The notes under the pieces were generated by a model. It was not told where the DNA came from. It did no database searches and saw nothing but the letters and a program-made list of their open reading frames with translations. This document shows, piece by piece, positions 35,448 through 49,200 of a stretch of DNA of 64,000 bases. This stretch comes from Camelus ferus (Eukaryota): assembly GCF_009834535.1 (NCBI RefSeq), contig NC_045696.1:57848001-57912000 (forward strand), written 5' to 3'. Positions within the stretch are counted from its first letter, which is position 1. Each line of letters begins with the position of its first letter. The position numbers were made by a program, and so were the translations under genes.

Positions 35448-37811
35448 GTGAGAGTGGACATCCTCTCTATTTCTGTGTATTTTCCACAGAAGACCTAGTG
35501 GAAGTCAGGGGTTGACCCTTGTATTTATTCTCTGTGAAGAGGAGGCTACTTCCCACATGAGAAATGATAAGAAACAAAACAATACATTAGGATCAAACCT
35601 GGGGTATCATGCCTGAAGATAAATAGCAAATCCTAACTTCGGCAAGGTGGGAGGATTAAATTAGTTTGTGTAAAGTAAAAAAATATGTTTAGTTAACACA
35701 GATGTCATGAGTAATGTGAGACAGGAACTATGACCCTGGCATATTTAAGGACAACTCCTTGCATGTCTCTAAAGCACTCTCAGTACCTGGGCTTATTTAT
35801 CCTCACTCTGCCTTAGTCCTGGTGAGCTTTCTTTACTTGACATTCAGCCAAACTGGGCCAATAGTATCCAAGTTCCTAAGCAGTACCTGGGAATTCAAGT
35901 CCAGGAATCAGATCATTATTAATAGCTATCACTAAGTGAACACTCACTGTTCCAGTATCTTGGTGTTATCTTATTTGAACCTCATAACAACACTGCAAGA
36001 TAGGTGCTATTATTAGGACCTCATTTAGATGAGGAAACATAGTTTAGAAAGCTCTAGTAAAACTTACCCAAGGTCACACATCTCCCTAATGGCAGAGCCA
36101 TAGTTTGCACCCTGACCTGTCTAATTGAGGTGGTAGTGAAAGTGCTCCCACTTACTGAGTGCTCATTCTATAGCAGATACTGTTAAACTCATTTATCACC
36201 ACACTAATCCCAGGAACCTAAGAGGTATGTTCCCTTATTAGCCCTGTTTTATAAAAGAAGAACCTGAAGCTTAGAGATGTTAAATAATTTCCCCAAAGTT
36301 TCACAGCTAATAAGTGGCAAGACCAAAGTTTAGAGCCAAGTTTGCCAGTTACCAAACTGCATACTGTACTATTCTGTGATTAAAGTAGTTATTTTTATAT
36401 GCAGCAGTACTGATCAAACCCTTATTTTAATTCCATGTCTAATTCTATATATCACAGCTTCCATGTGGAGAGAAATGTCTTATACCTATTAATCAGATGT
36501 TAAAAGGGTTCTTCCACAGGCCCAGTGGTAACTGACTTCCTTATCCCCAGTGAGTCCAGAGTAAAAGAAATGACCCTCTGGCCCTCTTTGGGAGTCTTGG
36601 CATGGGAAGTACTGACCATTTAGGCTGACGTGATGGGAGCACAAAGGGCAAGTGTGGAGGCCTGGGTGAAGTTCCCTTGACAGCTCTGTTCCTGCCCCAC
36701 TTCAGTACTTCTTCCGTCTCCCTCTTTGACCTCTCATGCTTAGTTCTCAGACTGAAACCTACAGAAGCATGTGGACAGGACATGGAGGTTTCTAGAATTC
36801 TGAGAAATCTACATTGCTTGTGTCTACTTAATTATAGTAGCTGAGTGTAAATACTCCAGAAAGAAATCACTCCCTGAGATCTCCTCTAGCCTCATCCAAG
36901 GGTTTATGCTGTATAATTTATAGAGTTCCTCTCCTCTTCTGAACCATAAAATTGTGTCACTTCTCTTCTATGGAACTATCCATTACTAAAAAGTTGGTCA
37001 ACTCTACTGGAATGAAGAACTTTTGAACTTCATGTGATTTAGAAGTTAGCCATTGTATGTTTTGTCCTTTCCACCAGTTTACCCTTCTCATTCTCCTCCC
37101 TTCTCAGTACCAGATTCTTTACATGTGAAATCACACAGATAGAAGAAAATACCACCTTGTAGGGTGGTATTCACTTCTCTGGTAAAAATATTTGAAACTG
37201 GTTTGTTTATGTAAGCATCACAGAAGTGTAACAAGTCATATAGGGAAACAAGGGAAGAGGTTGTTTGCCTCCCTCCCTGCTGTTTGCTCTCAGAGGACGG
37301 AGTAGCAGGGCAGACACTGTTGGAGTCATTGGTGGTGGTATTTGGTCAAGTCTGGGATCCTCCAAGCTGAATGTTCATGGTAAAAGAGGAGTAAGGAACC
37401 AGAGGGGTGTGAAAGTATACAAATGAGTTGGGGGAGGAGAAATGGTAGCAACAAAGAAAAGTGAGAGGAGAAAAAAAGGGACAGAAATGGAAATGAGAAG
37501 ATATTTAATACTAAAGAGAGGAAAAGAGAAAGACAAAGGAATTAATTATAAAGGGAGAAAAGAGGCTAGAAGATTTAAAGAAAGAAGCCAGGAGGGAGGA
37601 GGTGGAGGTGTGCCATTCCTCTCTTGTGCCGGGCGGATGGGCTACTGCACTAGGAAGAGTCCCCATGGAGGGGAGTGCTGTGCCCAGTACGCACACAGCA
37701 GGCCCTCCACGCCTGTACTGCCCGCGACAGCCTGGCAGCTTTGGTGCAAGGTAATGACATCCTCCCCAAACTGGCATCAATAATCACTTGTTCAAATTTG
37801 TTTCACTGTAG

Positions 37812-37904
37812 GCTGCCAAAAGAAACGAGTCTTTAGCAAGCATGAACTTAGAAAAGAAAGCTCGTCTGAGAGAGGAAGCTGCTGTGAAGGCCAAAACAGA
37901 GTAG
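37812..37904 (+). CDS. FAM162A: FAM162A exon 5 (terminal coding); total CDS 468 nt = 155 aa
   Basis: Acceptor ttttcactgtag; AAKRNESLASMNLEKKARLREEAAVKAKTE, then TAG. Confidence 0.95.
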   Translation, partial: AAKRNESLASMNLEKKARLREEAAVKAKTE

Positions 37905-38013
37905 CAGACATACCCATGTTGGCTGATTTTGAAAATCCAGAAAGTGTTGCAGCAACAAGCATCTATAACAAAGAATGTGGTATGAGTTTCCCTATGTCTG
38001 CTCTAGAGCTACA

Positions 38014-38019
38014 AATAAA
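38014..38019 (+). terminator. Probable proximal poly(A) signal of FAM162A
   Basis: AATAAA ~110 nt after the stop, followed by T/GT-rich sequence; more distal AATAAA at 38869 and 39679. Confidence 0.6.
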
Positions 38020-40777
38020 TTTTCTTAAAGAAATGACTTGTCTATATTTTATAGGTTTGATCCAGATCAAATGCAGCCTCTCAGCTTTTTGGAGAAGATG
38101 AAAGAATGAAAAATGAGACAACTCATTTGCACTTTAATTCTTCTTTAGTGAGTCAGGTACCATATCTTTCTTTAACTTCTATTACTGAAGTCTCATCTCC
38201 CCAGAAGCCAAAAAGGCTTCTACTTCTGCATTTCTCTCTTCCTGGGTCCTCATTTCTAGAGATACAGACCGCCAGCTGAGTACACCGCCCAGGGCACGTT
38301 GGAGCACTAACCTCCCCAGATGCCATAGTGCTTCTCAAGAGCTCTGAGAAGCAGCCAGACCATGCTCTGCCATCGTCCGGTGTGTGCTGGCAAAGGCTTT
38401 TAGAACAGTCTCTGGAAAAGTCCTGGCAGGGTGATGATGGATGTCTGGTCTCAAGTTCTGAGGACTTTGAAATCTTAGCACCGTGGAGTAGCTTGGTGCC
38501 AGCACAGCCACCTCTCCCACTCCGTGGCTTAGAATTCCCAGCTGGTCCTTTTCCTTCTACCTTTATACAAAACTTCTCTATGATAGAAATCTATCAGATG
38601 TGTTTTCTTATTAAATTAGTGTTTAAATTAGTGTTGAGGATAAGCATTTGCACCTGGTACATATCCTATTTACACTTCGACAGGGACGCCACGGTGTCAT
38701 GTATTTAGGTACGGATGCTGGGTTCTATTTATATATTTCATTTATTCTCACATGCTTCATGAGGATCAACAGATGGCAAGTCCTCATAGTCATCCCAACT
38801 GCTGGTTCTCCCCCAAGGGTCAGAACAGATTAAAAAGCAATATATGTAGCTGTTTGGGAATTTGGTTTAATAAAATGCTCAGTGAGAGGTAGTGCACCTC
38901 TCCACCTACAGCATCATAGTCTACCTGAAGATGTTAATTATGTCTGTCGTATACTTTAGAGGGCTTTGACTGTAGCCTCTTTTTAGATATCAAGCTCTTT
39001 GATTTTTATCACTTGCAGATTTATCATCAAAAAAAAGCATTGTTTCATATATATATTAGCAGATTAGTTTTTCTTGATTATTTTGGAACATTTATGTTAC
39101 ATCTTATCTAAACCAGTGTTTTAGACAGGAGTTAATCTCAGTGAACTTCTGTTGAAAGTAAGTAATCTTTCTTCATAAAATACCGTTTTTAACTTCTAAA
39201 GAAGCATTTTTAAGTGTTTTATCTTGGAGATTTATATGTTTGATTAAGTCAAAGCTCACAAATGCTACCATGTGGCAAGAATTTAAACAGTATTTTCTCA
39301 TTTGTGTCAAGTCTTCTATTCAGTAAATTGTGCTTTTGGGGGGGTTAAATATAAATTTCTTGACCAGAATTTCATAACTGCCCCTATATAATCCCAGTTC
39401 TCCCAGCACCCTCACATATTAACTTCTTAGCAGTCATACCTTGCTAGTAACCCTAACATCTTATATTCATTAGAACTTGTCAAGCAAATCAGATTTCATG
39501 AGCACTACAAGGTACTATAGATACAAAAGAAGAGTTTTGCCCTTGTTGCTTTCATTTAAATGATTGTTGTACTATTTTTTTACTTAATTCCTGGATTATT
39601 TTTTCACATTTATCATGTCTCTATAGGTAAAGTGGGCAGAAACATTTTCCACTTTATATTTCTTATAAGCCCTGTTTGAATAAAGTTAATATGTGAGGCA
39701 ATGGTTAGATACTTTTCATTTTAATCAACAAAAATAATCATATGGGGAATTGATTCCAAAAGTTTATTGAAAGCAGGCAAAGAGTGGAAGTTGGGATGGT
39801 GGTTTAATTGTCAATCAAACATGACTTGAGTCCCTTCTATATACAAAAACAGAATACAAAGATGAATAAAACATACTTGACTCCACAGAGCTCATAATTT
39901 GCTGAAACCATTACAATACAAACTGGTAAATTACATGTTTTGAACTTTATAACAGAAGCTATAGAAAGAAGCAAGAAAAGCTTATTCAGCTGTCAGCTCT
40001 GGTTAGAGTCAGGCAGGCAGTATGACTCCACAAAGTGGTGCTTTCTGAACTGGGTCTGAAGAGTGGGTCAGACATAATGAAAGAGCACAGCCTCACCATT
40101 CAGACATTGAGCTTGCCCCGAGAATCAGAAGAGGGCAGTCTGACAAGTTTGTGAGAGTCCTTTCAGTAAAATGTCATTTTTAATTTTGTTCTGGTTTATT
40201 TTTACTTTTTATGTTGATAAAAACTTAAAATTTTTAGACGCCAGAACAAACGCAACCATGACTTATTTTTCCCATTGCAGGCTGATTCCACATCCAGTCT
40301 CACGTCCTATCATGTAGGCTGTCACTTAAATCTCCAATCACCACCATCCCAGACTTATTCTCTTACTCATCTGATCTCCCAAACCAAAAACCTTAGAGTT
40401 ATTCCAAACTCCCTTGCTCCCCTCATTTAATCACTCACCCTGTCTTGTGAGCCTTACTTCTAAATATTTATCAAATACACTGATCCTCTAGAATAGTCAT
40501 TGAGAGGAATAGAATGGGAATCTGTTCAATGACAGCCACAAGAAAGTAGTAACAGATTTCAAGATTAAAAGTCAGTAGCCCTGGGATCTAGACTTGCTTT
40601 TCCAATGTCTTGCCTTGTAAACTCAGGTTACAGGTTTTAAAATCTTATAATCCAAGACAATGTTAAAAAGAAATGCAAAACCATGACAAAATTGAGAGAG
40701 ACCATCTTTTTAAAATACCTAACCTTAAAAAAATTTTTTTTTGCCAGTTTGGTTCTACTACTTGATTTCTCAAGGGT

Positions 40778-41871
<1,094 letters not shown>

Positions 41872-42422
41872 CGGACTCAAAAATAAACAGCCTTTTAATA
41901 ATTACACTTTTTGGATCGTCTTTAAACTACGATATACACTGATAAAGCAGCACGGCTTGGACCACTTCAGTTTTTCCTCACTTCCTCCTTTGTAAACAAG
42001 TAACTTGAGAAACACTATTTACAGGGTCCTGTGCTCAGTCCGCAAGTAAGATATTCATGTTGGGTATTCCGCGAATGTATAAGACAGTCCAAAGCTGCGC
42101 GCATTGCGGTGGGGCGGCGGGGAGTCTCTACAGAAAGTACTTTTCACCGCCCCGCCCCTCAGCTCGGAACTGTTTGAGAACACTGAACAACTCTACCCGT
42201 CAGACTTTAGGTACTTGAGCATGAATGGATTACCGCTTTAAACAGAAGATTTCAGAAGCTAAGCGAAAACTTGCGTAGGCACTGTTGCTCGAGACCGGGG
42301 CCTGCCGGCGACACCGCGGCGTAGCAAGTGACTCTGGAGGCAGGATAGCCGGGCGCATGTGCAGGCCTAGCCCCCGCCCACCACCCCCACTTCCGAGCCG
42401 AGGTGACCGACGGGAGAGACGA

Positions 42423-42455
42423 GCTTGCGCTTGCGCTTGCGCTTGCGCTTGCGCA
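42423..42455. repeat. (GCTTGC)5 hexamer array
   Basis: gcttgc repeated 5 times, then gca. Confidence 0.9.
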
Positions 42456-42477
42456 GAAGGCATCTGCATATTCTTCC

Positions 42478-42565
42478 GGCTCCGTCCGCTGGCTCCGTCC
42501 GCTGGCTCCGTCCGCTGGCTCCGTCCGCTGGCTCCGTCCGCTGGCTCCGTCCGCTGGCTCCGTCC
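42478..42565. repeat. Perfect 13-bp minisatellite (GGCTCCGTCCGCT) x 6.8
   Basis: Six identical units plus a 10-nt partial unit. Confidence 0.95.
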
Positions 42566-43335
42566 CTGCGCGTTCCCTGGGCTGCTTGCTTGGGCGAGTG
42601 AGGTGAGCAGGGTTTCTCCCAGACCTGACTGGCTACTGTGGGAAGCAGTGAATGTTTCCAAGAACGTGCATTTCTTTTTGGAGACCGTGTGACGAGAAAG
42701 GACTGAATTATGCGGTGTTCGCGGCCGCAGGGTTAAGCCCGCATTTGAAAGTAAGCCTTTCGGACTGCGCATTTGGGGGATGTAGGGACCGTGGGTCCAT
42801 CCATCTGCGGGTGATTCTTTGTGAGCTCCTGCTTCACAGGTGGCTTTCGTTCTGTTCCCTTCCACTTGTGGTCGAGAGCCTGGGTACGAAAGGGCTGCAA
42901 GTAGGCAAGGGGAACGTAGCCAGATTTATGCCCAGATTGTAAGACTCCTGGTTCAGAAGTATTCCCTAAACGTTTCGGGAAGGATAAAGAATATGTGTTA
43001 GGCGCGTTTGAAGGCCAGTGCTCAGGTAGCCTCACATGGTAGTGCCGAGGGGAAATAAGCAGACGTTTGTTTTAGCACTTGTAGTTTAAAACGTCCAAGG
43101 AAAATTAAGGGGAGTTCAGATCTGCATAGGTGCTTGGGACAGAAAAGGTCGAATGGGGTTGGAAATGTGTGAGGTTACTCGTAATTAGGCTTTCGTACGC
43201 TCTCCCTAGCTTTGAGAAATGATTAATGGCTGTGAAAGTATGTAGAGGATACATGCTTTTCAGGTGTAAATTACTCTTTTAAACAAGAATAGGTTTACCA
43301 GAAATGGAAGCCTGACTAGTTTCTCCAATCCTGTA

Positions 43336-43657
43336 CAGTCTGCCCCTTGGTATATGCAGGGGATTGGTTCCAGGACACCTCTGCCCCCATACCAAAATAT
43401 CCTGGATGCTCAAGTCCTTTGTATAAAATAGCGTATTATTTTCATATAACCTACTTGTATCTTATCCTATAACTTTAAGTCATCTGTACATTACTTACAA
43501 TACCTAATACAGTATAAATGCTACGTAAAGAGTTGCGGGGGTGAAACAAATTCAAGCTTTGCTTTTTGAAACTTTATGGAATTTTGAGGGGAATATTTTT
43601 GATCTGTGATTGGTTGAATCCGAGGATGTGTAACCCACAGGTACAGAGGGTTGACTG
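43336..43657. mobile_element. MER2-like TcMar-Tigger element
   Basis: TA-flanked CAGTC...GACTG ends; internal ggggattggttccaggacacc...gatgctcaagtcc...ttggttgaatccgaggatg. Confidence 0.8.
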
Positions 43658-45999
43658 TAATTGCTCAGTAAAGAGTGCCCAAGAGAGGCTATGAGTATTC
43701 TGCTTGAAAGGTTTTCTTGGTAGCCAGTTGAAGTCGAGGCTAATAGCTCTTTTGGTATTTTCTGTCAAGAATTAAAGCGTTTGGAAACAGAGGGTCTCTT
43801 ATCATATACTTATTGGGAATAATTGAAAGCCTTGCTTTTGTAAGGCATAACAGCATAAGTAGTTCACCATATGATAAACTAGTAAAAACCTTATTAAGAC
43901 CCTACTACTCTAGTTTGGAATTTCGACAGGAATTTGACAAACGCTTTCTCTTAGCTAGTGCAAATTAATGATACAAACACAATGAGGAGGTGCTGAGAGT
44001 GGGAAGAGCATCTTTAAAATGGTTTGGAGCATCCATTTATATACATTAAATTATGACTCTTAGCTGCTTATTGAGACAAAGCCACCATTGACCTCTCCTC
44101 TGTAACATTTTAAAAAGAGAAAACTTTTATCTCCGTTTAACTTAATATTCAATTCTGATTAAACTCCACCTCCTCCCTCTCCTTTCCTCCTCCCATTAGC
44201 CTGGTTAGTGTGATTTTTACTGGGAAGCTTAGGAACCTACTAAATTCTGCATCAGTTGAAACAATTTTCCTTTTTATTAACTTATTAAAAAATAAATTAA
44301 AAGGACTTCACGGAACAAGCATAGGCTTTGTTTCAAAGAATATAAGTAAATCTGAATTTTTCCAATTACTTGATGCACTAGGACAGGAAAGAAAGGAAGC
44401 TAGACCAAGTAAACACATGACATGACGGTTGGGACGGGGTGTTGGTGCTGGAGTATATTTAGCCCACTGGAAATATGACAAGCATGGGCGAGGGCACACA
44501 ATTAAGAGTGTGTTGACAGGAATGTACAGAAATGGTTTTTGTCAGATTTTCCTAGAATTTGAATGGAGAAATTTCCGGTATTAAAATTCGTTTCTCCGTG
44601 TCTGGAATGTTTTATGAATAGCATCAGGAACGCATATAGCTAGTTAAATCTTTATTCATTAGTCATGTTCTAATATTAACATGTAGTCCTAATATTGTTC
44701 TTATGGATTAGGACTGAGAATTTCATAGTCTACTTCCTTGGGAGGAGGAAGCAGCAGCAGCTGCGGAGTGTGGGAACAGGGACTGCTGATACAAGTGAGT
44801 CCAGACTGGCTGAAGCCAAAGTTAAGAGATTTGCTTTAAGGGCTCTCAAGCAAAGTTCCTTACTCAGTCCCATTTTTAACAATTTCTATTTTTGCTGACT
44901 CTAAATCTTCACCAGATAGGTGATTTGGAAGTTTCTCTCCCTTTAAACTTCCTTTAAATTCCCGTGAGAGTTTTAGAAAGTCTCATCTGTGATTGAAAGG
45001 TTTATTTTCCTTGCCACTCAGTAAAGTTGCAAATATTTTAAGTAGAAATATTGCCACAAATGGGTCTTTTTTTAAATAAAAGAGAATTGGGGTTATGTGT
45101 TTCAGACCTTAACTATGGCCTTGGAATGATTCCTGTGCTAAGGAACAGCTTGACTAAAGTGAGACGGGGCATTAAAATATTTAACAGGTGTTAATTGATT
45201 TAAAAACTGGGACTGCCCCTAGCAAACCAGCAGTGAATGTTGACTGCTGGACTACTCTCCTCATTATCACATCTTGGAAGATGCTACACTCTTAATATGC
45301 TAGTTACACTCCAGCCTGCCCAGATCTCTCCCCACCACTGTTGTCTTCTAGGTTTCTGTTTTCTCCTTACCCATGAATAATGCTGGGCCCAAGTGGTTTA
45401 GGTAAAGCAGTGACCCATACGGTGGACACCCATTGGCTCCTTTGGCTTCCTCAGGTTAAGTGGGTATAAAGAAATTTAGAGAGTAGTTAACTTATTTTTC
45501 AAAATGGCAAATGAAATAGGGGCAACAGTCGCCTAAGCTAGCTTTAATAAACTTGAAAACCCAGCAATCGTGCACTATAGATTATAGTGTAGTCTACTCG
45601 AACTAAGACTGTTTTAAGATTTTGTTTTGTTTTCAGAAAAAATACCTGGTCAGTGGAATCTTTCAAAAATGGTAAAGAAGCAATCACAGAATGAAGAAAT
45701 ACACATCTTTGTTTCTACTGATTTATCACTTAAATTTGGAGGTATGCATAAAGAGAATGTTCTCATGCAGCAATACATACAATATGTAAAAATGAAAGAC
45801 ATTTAATAGCCTAAGGCAACCACAAGCTTCCACATTGGTTGGATATAATTGGCCAAAAAAGTTTTCTTCTTAATTTTAGAGTATGCCGGAAGAGACTGAT
45901 GAACTATTTTGGGTATGTATAAACATATGGGGTTGATTAGGTACTAGTTACCCTGTAAAGTATACCCATTAACTTTTCTCAGAAGGTGTAAGTTGGGTA

Positions 46000-46031
<32 letters not shown>

Positions 46032-46219
46032 ACAAAAATCTGCTATGAAAATGTTAAGGTTAAGTTATGTCCCCTGAAAGGGAACTACATATAAAACACA
46101 TGTTGAGACACTAGCTTTAAGACTTGTTAATCCTGGTGTCAAACAGCAGCATAAAGGAATTCCTTTGATCTTTCTTTTGTAACCAAGTACCCTTTACTAC
46201 TATCACATAGATGCACATT

Positions 46220-49200
46220 CCTTTAGTCATTTAATATTTATTGAATGTCTGCTTTGTGCAAGGCACTCATCCATGGCCTGACCTACCACATTCAGGTACA
46301 AAGAATCATTAGAGCCATTCCAAATCAAAGTGTAAGAACACTTTGAAAAGGACAGAGTGGTCAAAATGATGAGGTAAGCAGAATATATTCAACATTAAAC
46401 GGTCTTTTTAAAGCTTTGGACACTCCTTGGGAGGGTATTCCTTTAGGAAGTCAGCTTCATTAAATTCACATCCATGGATGGCCCTGCTCTCTACAGCACT
46501 ATTTCTTCATTCCAAAGCCTTTCTCTGTCAGTACTTTCTACTTTTGAGTTCGTTGAATGGAAACATGTTTCTGAGCTTAGCTGTTATGCTGCTAAACTCA
46601 AAACCAATCATTTGTATAGTATTTTTAACTTTTTTTGGTCAGGCCATATAGAATTTTAGCACCACAGAAGGGGAAAGATGTTTGGATTGAGAGCGTCTCC
46701 ACTCCAGAATATGTAACCTAAAAGCAATTTATACCTGATTTAGTCATTCCAAGTGTGATGATAAGGAAGAATCAGAAAGAATGGCCCAGTGAAAAAGCTG
46801 GCTCACCTGTGGCTGCTGTAAGTCTAGTTCTGGGAATTCCTGGCACAGAACACCTCCACCATGACTACCACTTCTTCAAGACACACAACCTGCAGGGCTT
46901 TTCCCCACTTTTGGACAGTGTCTAAGGGTTGTGGCAGAGTAAATTCTCCTAAGTCTTGATTTTGTCACCTACAACATAGTGACAATTGTCCACCTCTAGA
47001 GTAGTTGAAGGATTAAATAAGAAAAAGTGAGTGCCCTTTAGCCAGGCACCTGGAACACAACAGTGATTTAAATAAAAACTAGTTGCCTTTATCTGACCTG
47101 TAGGAACACAGACTGGGACTCTTGTCTACCCTTAGCTGAAAACAGAATGGAACTGCATCTCCCCTTAATCCTCTCTTCCAACCCCAAACATCCAGATGAA
47201 TTTAATGTGAAGTATCAATTGAATGTTTTAAAAATCAGCACATGATGGTATTTGTTTTAATTTACCACACATTCTTCTGATGCTCTGGTACCCATTGTTA
47301 CTACCTGTCCTTTCCTGACAACACAGCATGTTACAGAATATTCTCCAAGTTAGAGCACACTGACTCTTCTCGTGCCCCATCTGGCCTTCAATTACTTTTA
47401 ACTTTTAACAATACCTAAATATAATTTTAACTTTTGACAACAGAATAAGGTAGCCAAGAATATTTCCTGCCTGGGTAGTAGCCACTCTGCTCCTCACAAG
47501 AGAAAAAGGCTTTGTTAACTTCAGAAGACAAAAAAATTCAGACTTCAAGACTTCCATATGTAGGTACACCTATCTCTGCAAATGAGCCAAATTTTGGAAT
47601 GGAGGAGGTAGAATATAGCAGATAAATATGAAAAATAAACAGTACCTCTTTCTTAAAGGGGAATGCCTTTTCTCTACTGAAAATCATCCTTAGACATCAT
47701 AATTTCCTATTATAAAAAGCCCCAAACCTAAAACAGCTATAAAGACTTACCTATTGATACAAAAATGTTCACAAAACTGACAGCAAGAAAGAAAAGAAAT
47801 CCTTCAACCTGAGGAAACTCTTTCATAATGCAGCCCCAAACTGGGGGGTTAAATAACTGAAGTATTTATTTAGCACTAGAGAAGTAAACTTAAAAGTTGT
47901 CCGTGGGTGGCCATATACAACAGAGGATTTAGTTGACAAAGTTTGGATTATAAAATATACTACATATTTTTTCTTAGGCAAAATCAGGAACAACCTGGAA
48001 TAATTCAGATTTACTATGGGATAACTATCAAAGTTTGTATCTGTGACAGTAATGATGAAAAACAACCCAGAGCCCATCCAACTTTATCTGGCAGATGGAA
48101 GAAAAACAATCCTAGGGCAATAGTTTTCAAAAACAGTACAGCTGACAAAGTTAAGTTTAAAAGGGTCCTAAATACTTGGTGACAACATGAATTAAGGTGT
48201 TCTCCTAAATCTCACTGTGCTTCATGTCTGTCATCTTTACCTTTCTTGCCATTTCTCAGCCTAACCATATCTACCTGCTGGTCCTTCAGATACAGAGTGC
48301 CTTTACATCCCAAATGTTCTCAGTGTTTTTCTACAAACGTTCTCATTTCAAAGAATATACTTTGAAAGTTTGGGGGAGGAAAAAAAAAAAAAAGCAGGAA
48401 GGAAAATCCAGCCACTTTCCTTGATCAGTATAAAAAACTGCAGAAGAGTTTTCCTGTGTTGAAATTAGCATGCTTTTAACATCTTAGTGACGGGATAATT
48501 CAATAAATTGAAAGTAAATTAATACAATCTGCCAAGTAGAGAACTAAAAATAGGACTGTTTAACAGCTACCTCCTAAAATGTCATTTTAGTACCAAAAAG
48601 ACTGCTTTATCAGTTCGAGCAGTTATGCTGGGATTTAACTTTTAATCAATTCCAGTTTTTACTTTTTTTGTTTTTTTTATCTTTCTTAATTCCAATTTTT
48701 ATATAAAAAAAATGCACTGCAAAAAAAATTTAGCTTGTATCTCATGGTTCACGAACTCCTAGGATAGAAGACAAATTCCTGTTTTCGACAGAAAATAAAC
48801 CATGTTAGTTAAAATGGACTTTGTTTTAGTTCATTCACTGAGACAGCTGGAACTGCTAGAAAAATTCCCAGTGTATGCTCTTTTTGCTAACTTGGGGAAA
48901 CATTTTTTATATTTTTTCCCATTCAAACTGGTTTATCCAAATGAGCTGAATTTTTTTTAAATTATCTAAGAGAAGCTACCATGATTTAAAACATCCTAGA
49001 GAAATGATGTTAGCAGTAATTTACAGTTTAAAAAAACTCAGCCACAAAAAAGTCAAAGCTAAAAACAAGATTTTTACTATCAATCAGTGCTTCTATTACC
49101 CTTCTGAAAGAAGTTATATTTTAATGTGATGTAAAGGCAACATTGAGAGTTTTTCTTTAAATTAACCACCTAATTTGTCCCTAAAATTACAAAGAATCAA

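Larger units (their letters stand above)
42060..42800. promoter_or_regulatory. CpG island / probable bidirectional promoter of WDR5B and a divergent + strand transcript
   Basis: CpG-rich; GC boxes (~42110, ~42148); NRF1-like GCGCATGTGC (~42353) and (GCTTGC)5; ETS-like CTTCCGG (42473-42479); strong + strand donor GAG|GTGAGC at 42602. Confidence 0.75.

Noticed and set aside
38328..38708. 126-aa + strand ORF downstream of FAM162A
   Set aside because: Non-ATG start, no recognisable homology and no splice support; it lies in 3' flank/UTR.
42478..42565. Short direct repeats superficially like a CRISPR array (also the 104-bp duplication)
   Set aside because: There are no spacers and no cas genes, and the context is mammalian; these are ordinary tandem repeats.
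42230..42865. 211-aa - strand ORF, and the overlapping + strand 135-aa ORF
   Set aside because: Openness is explained by GC-rich, stop-poor CpG-island sequence and the two tandem repeats (AQAQAQ, duplicated GRSQRTEPADGAS). No recognisable domain.
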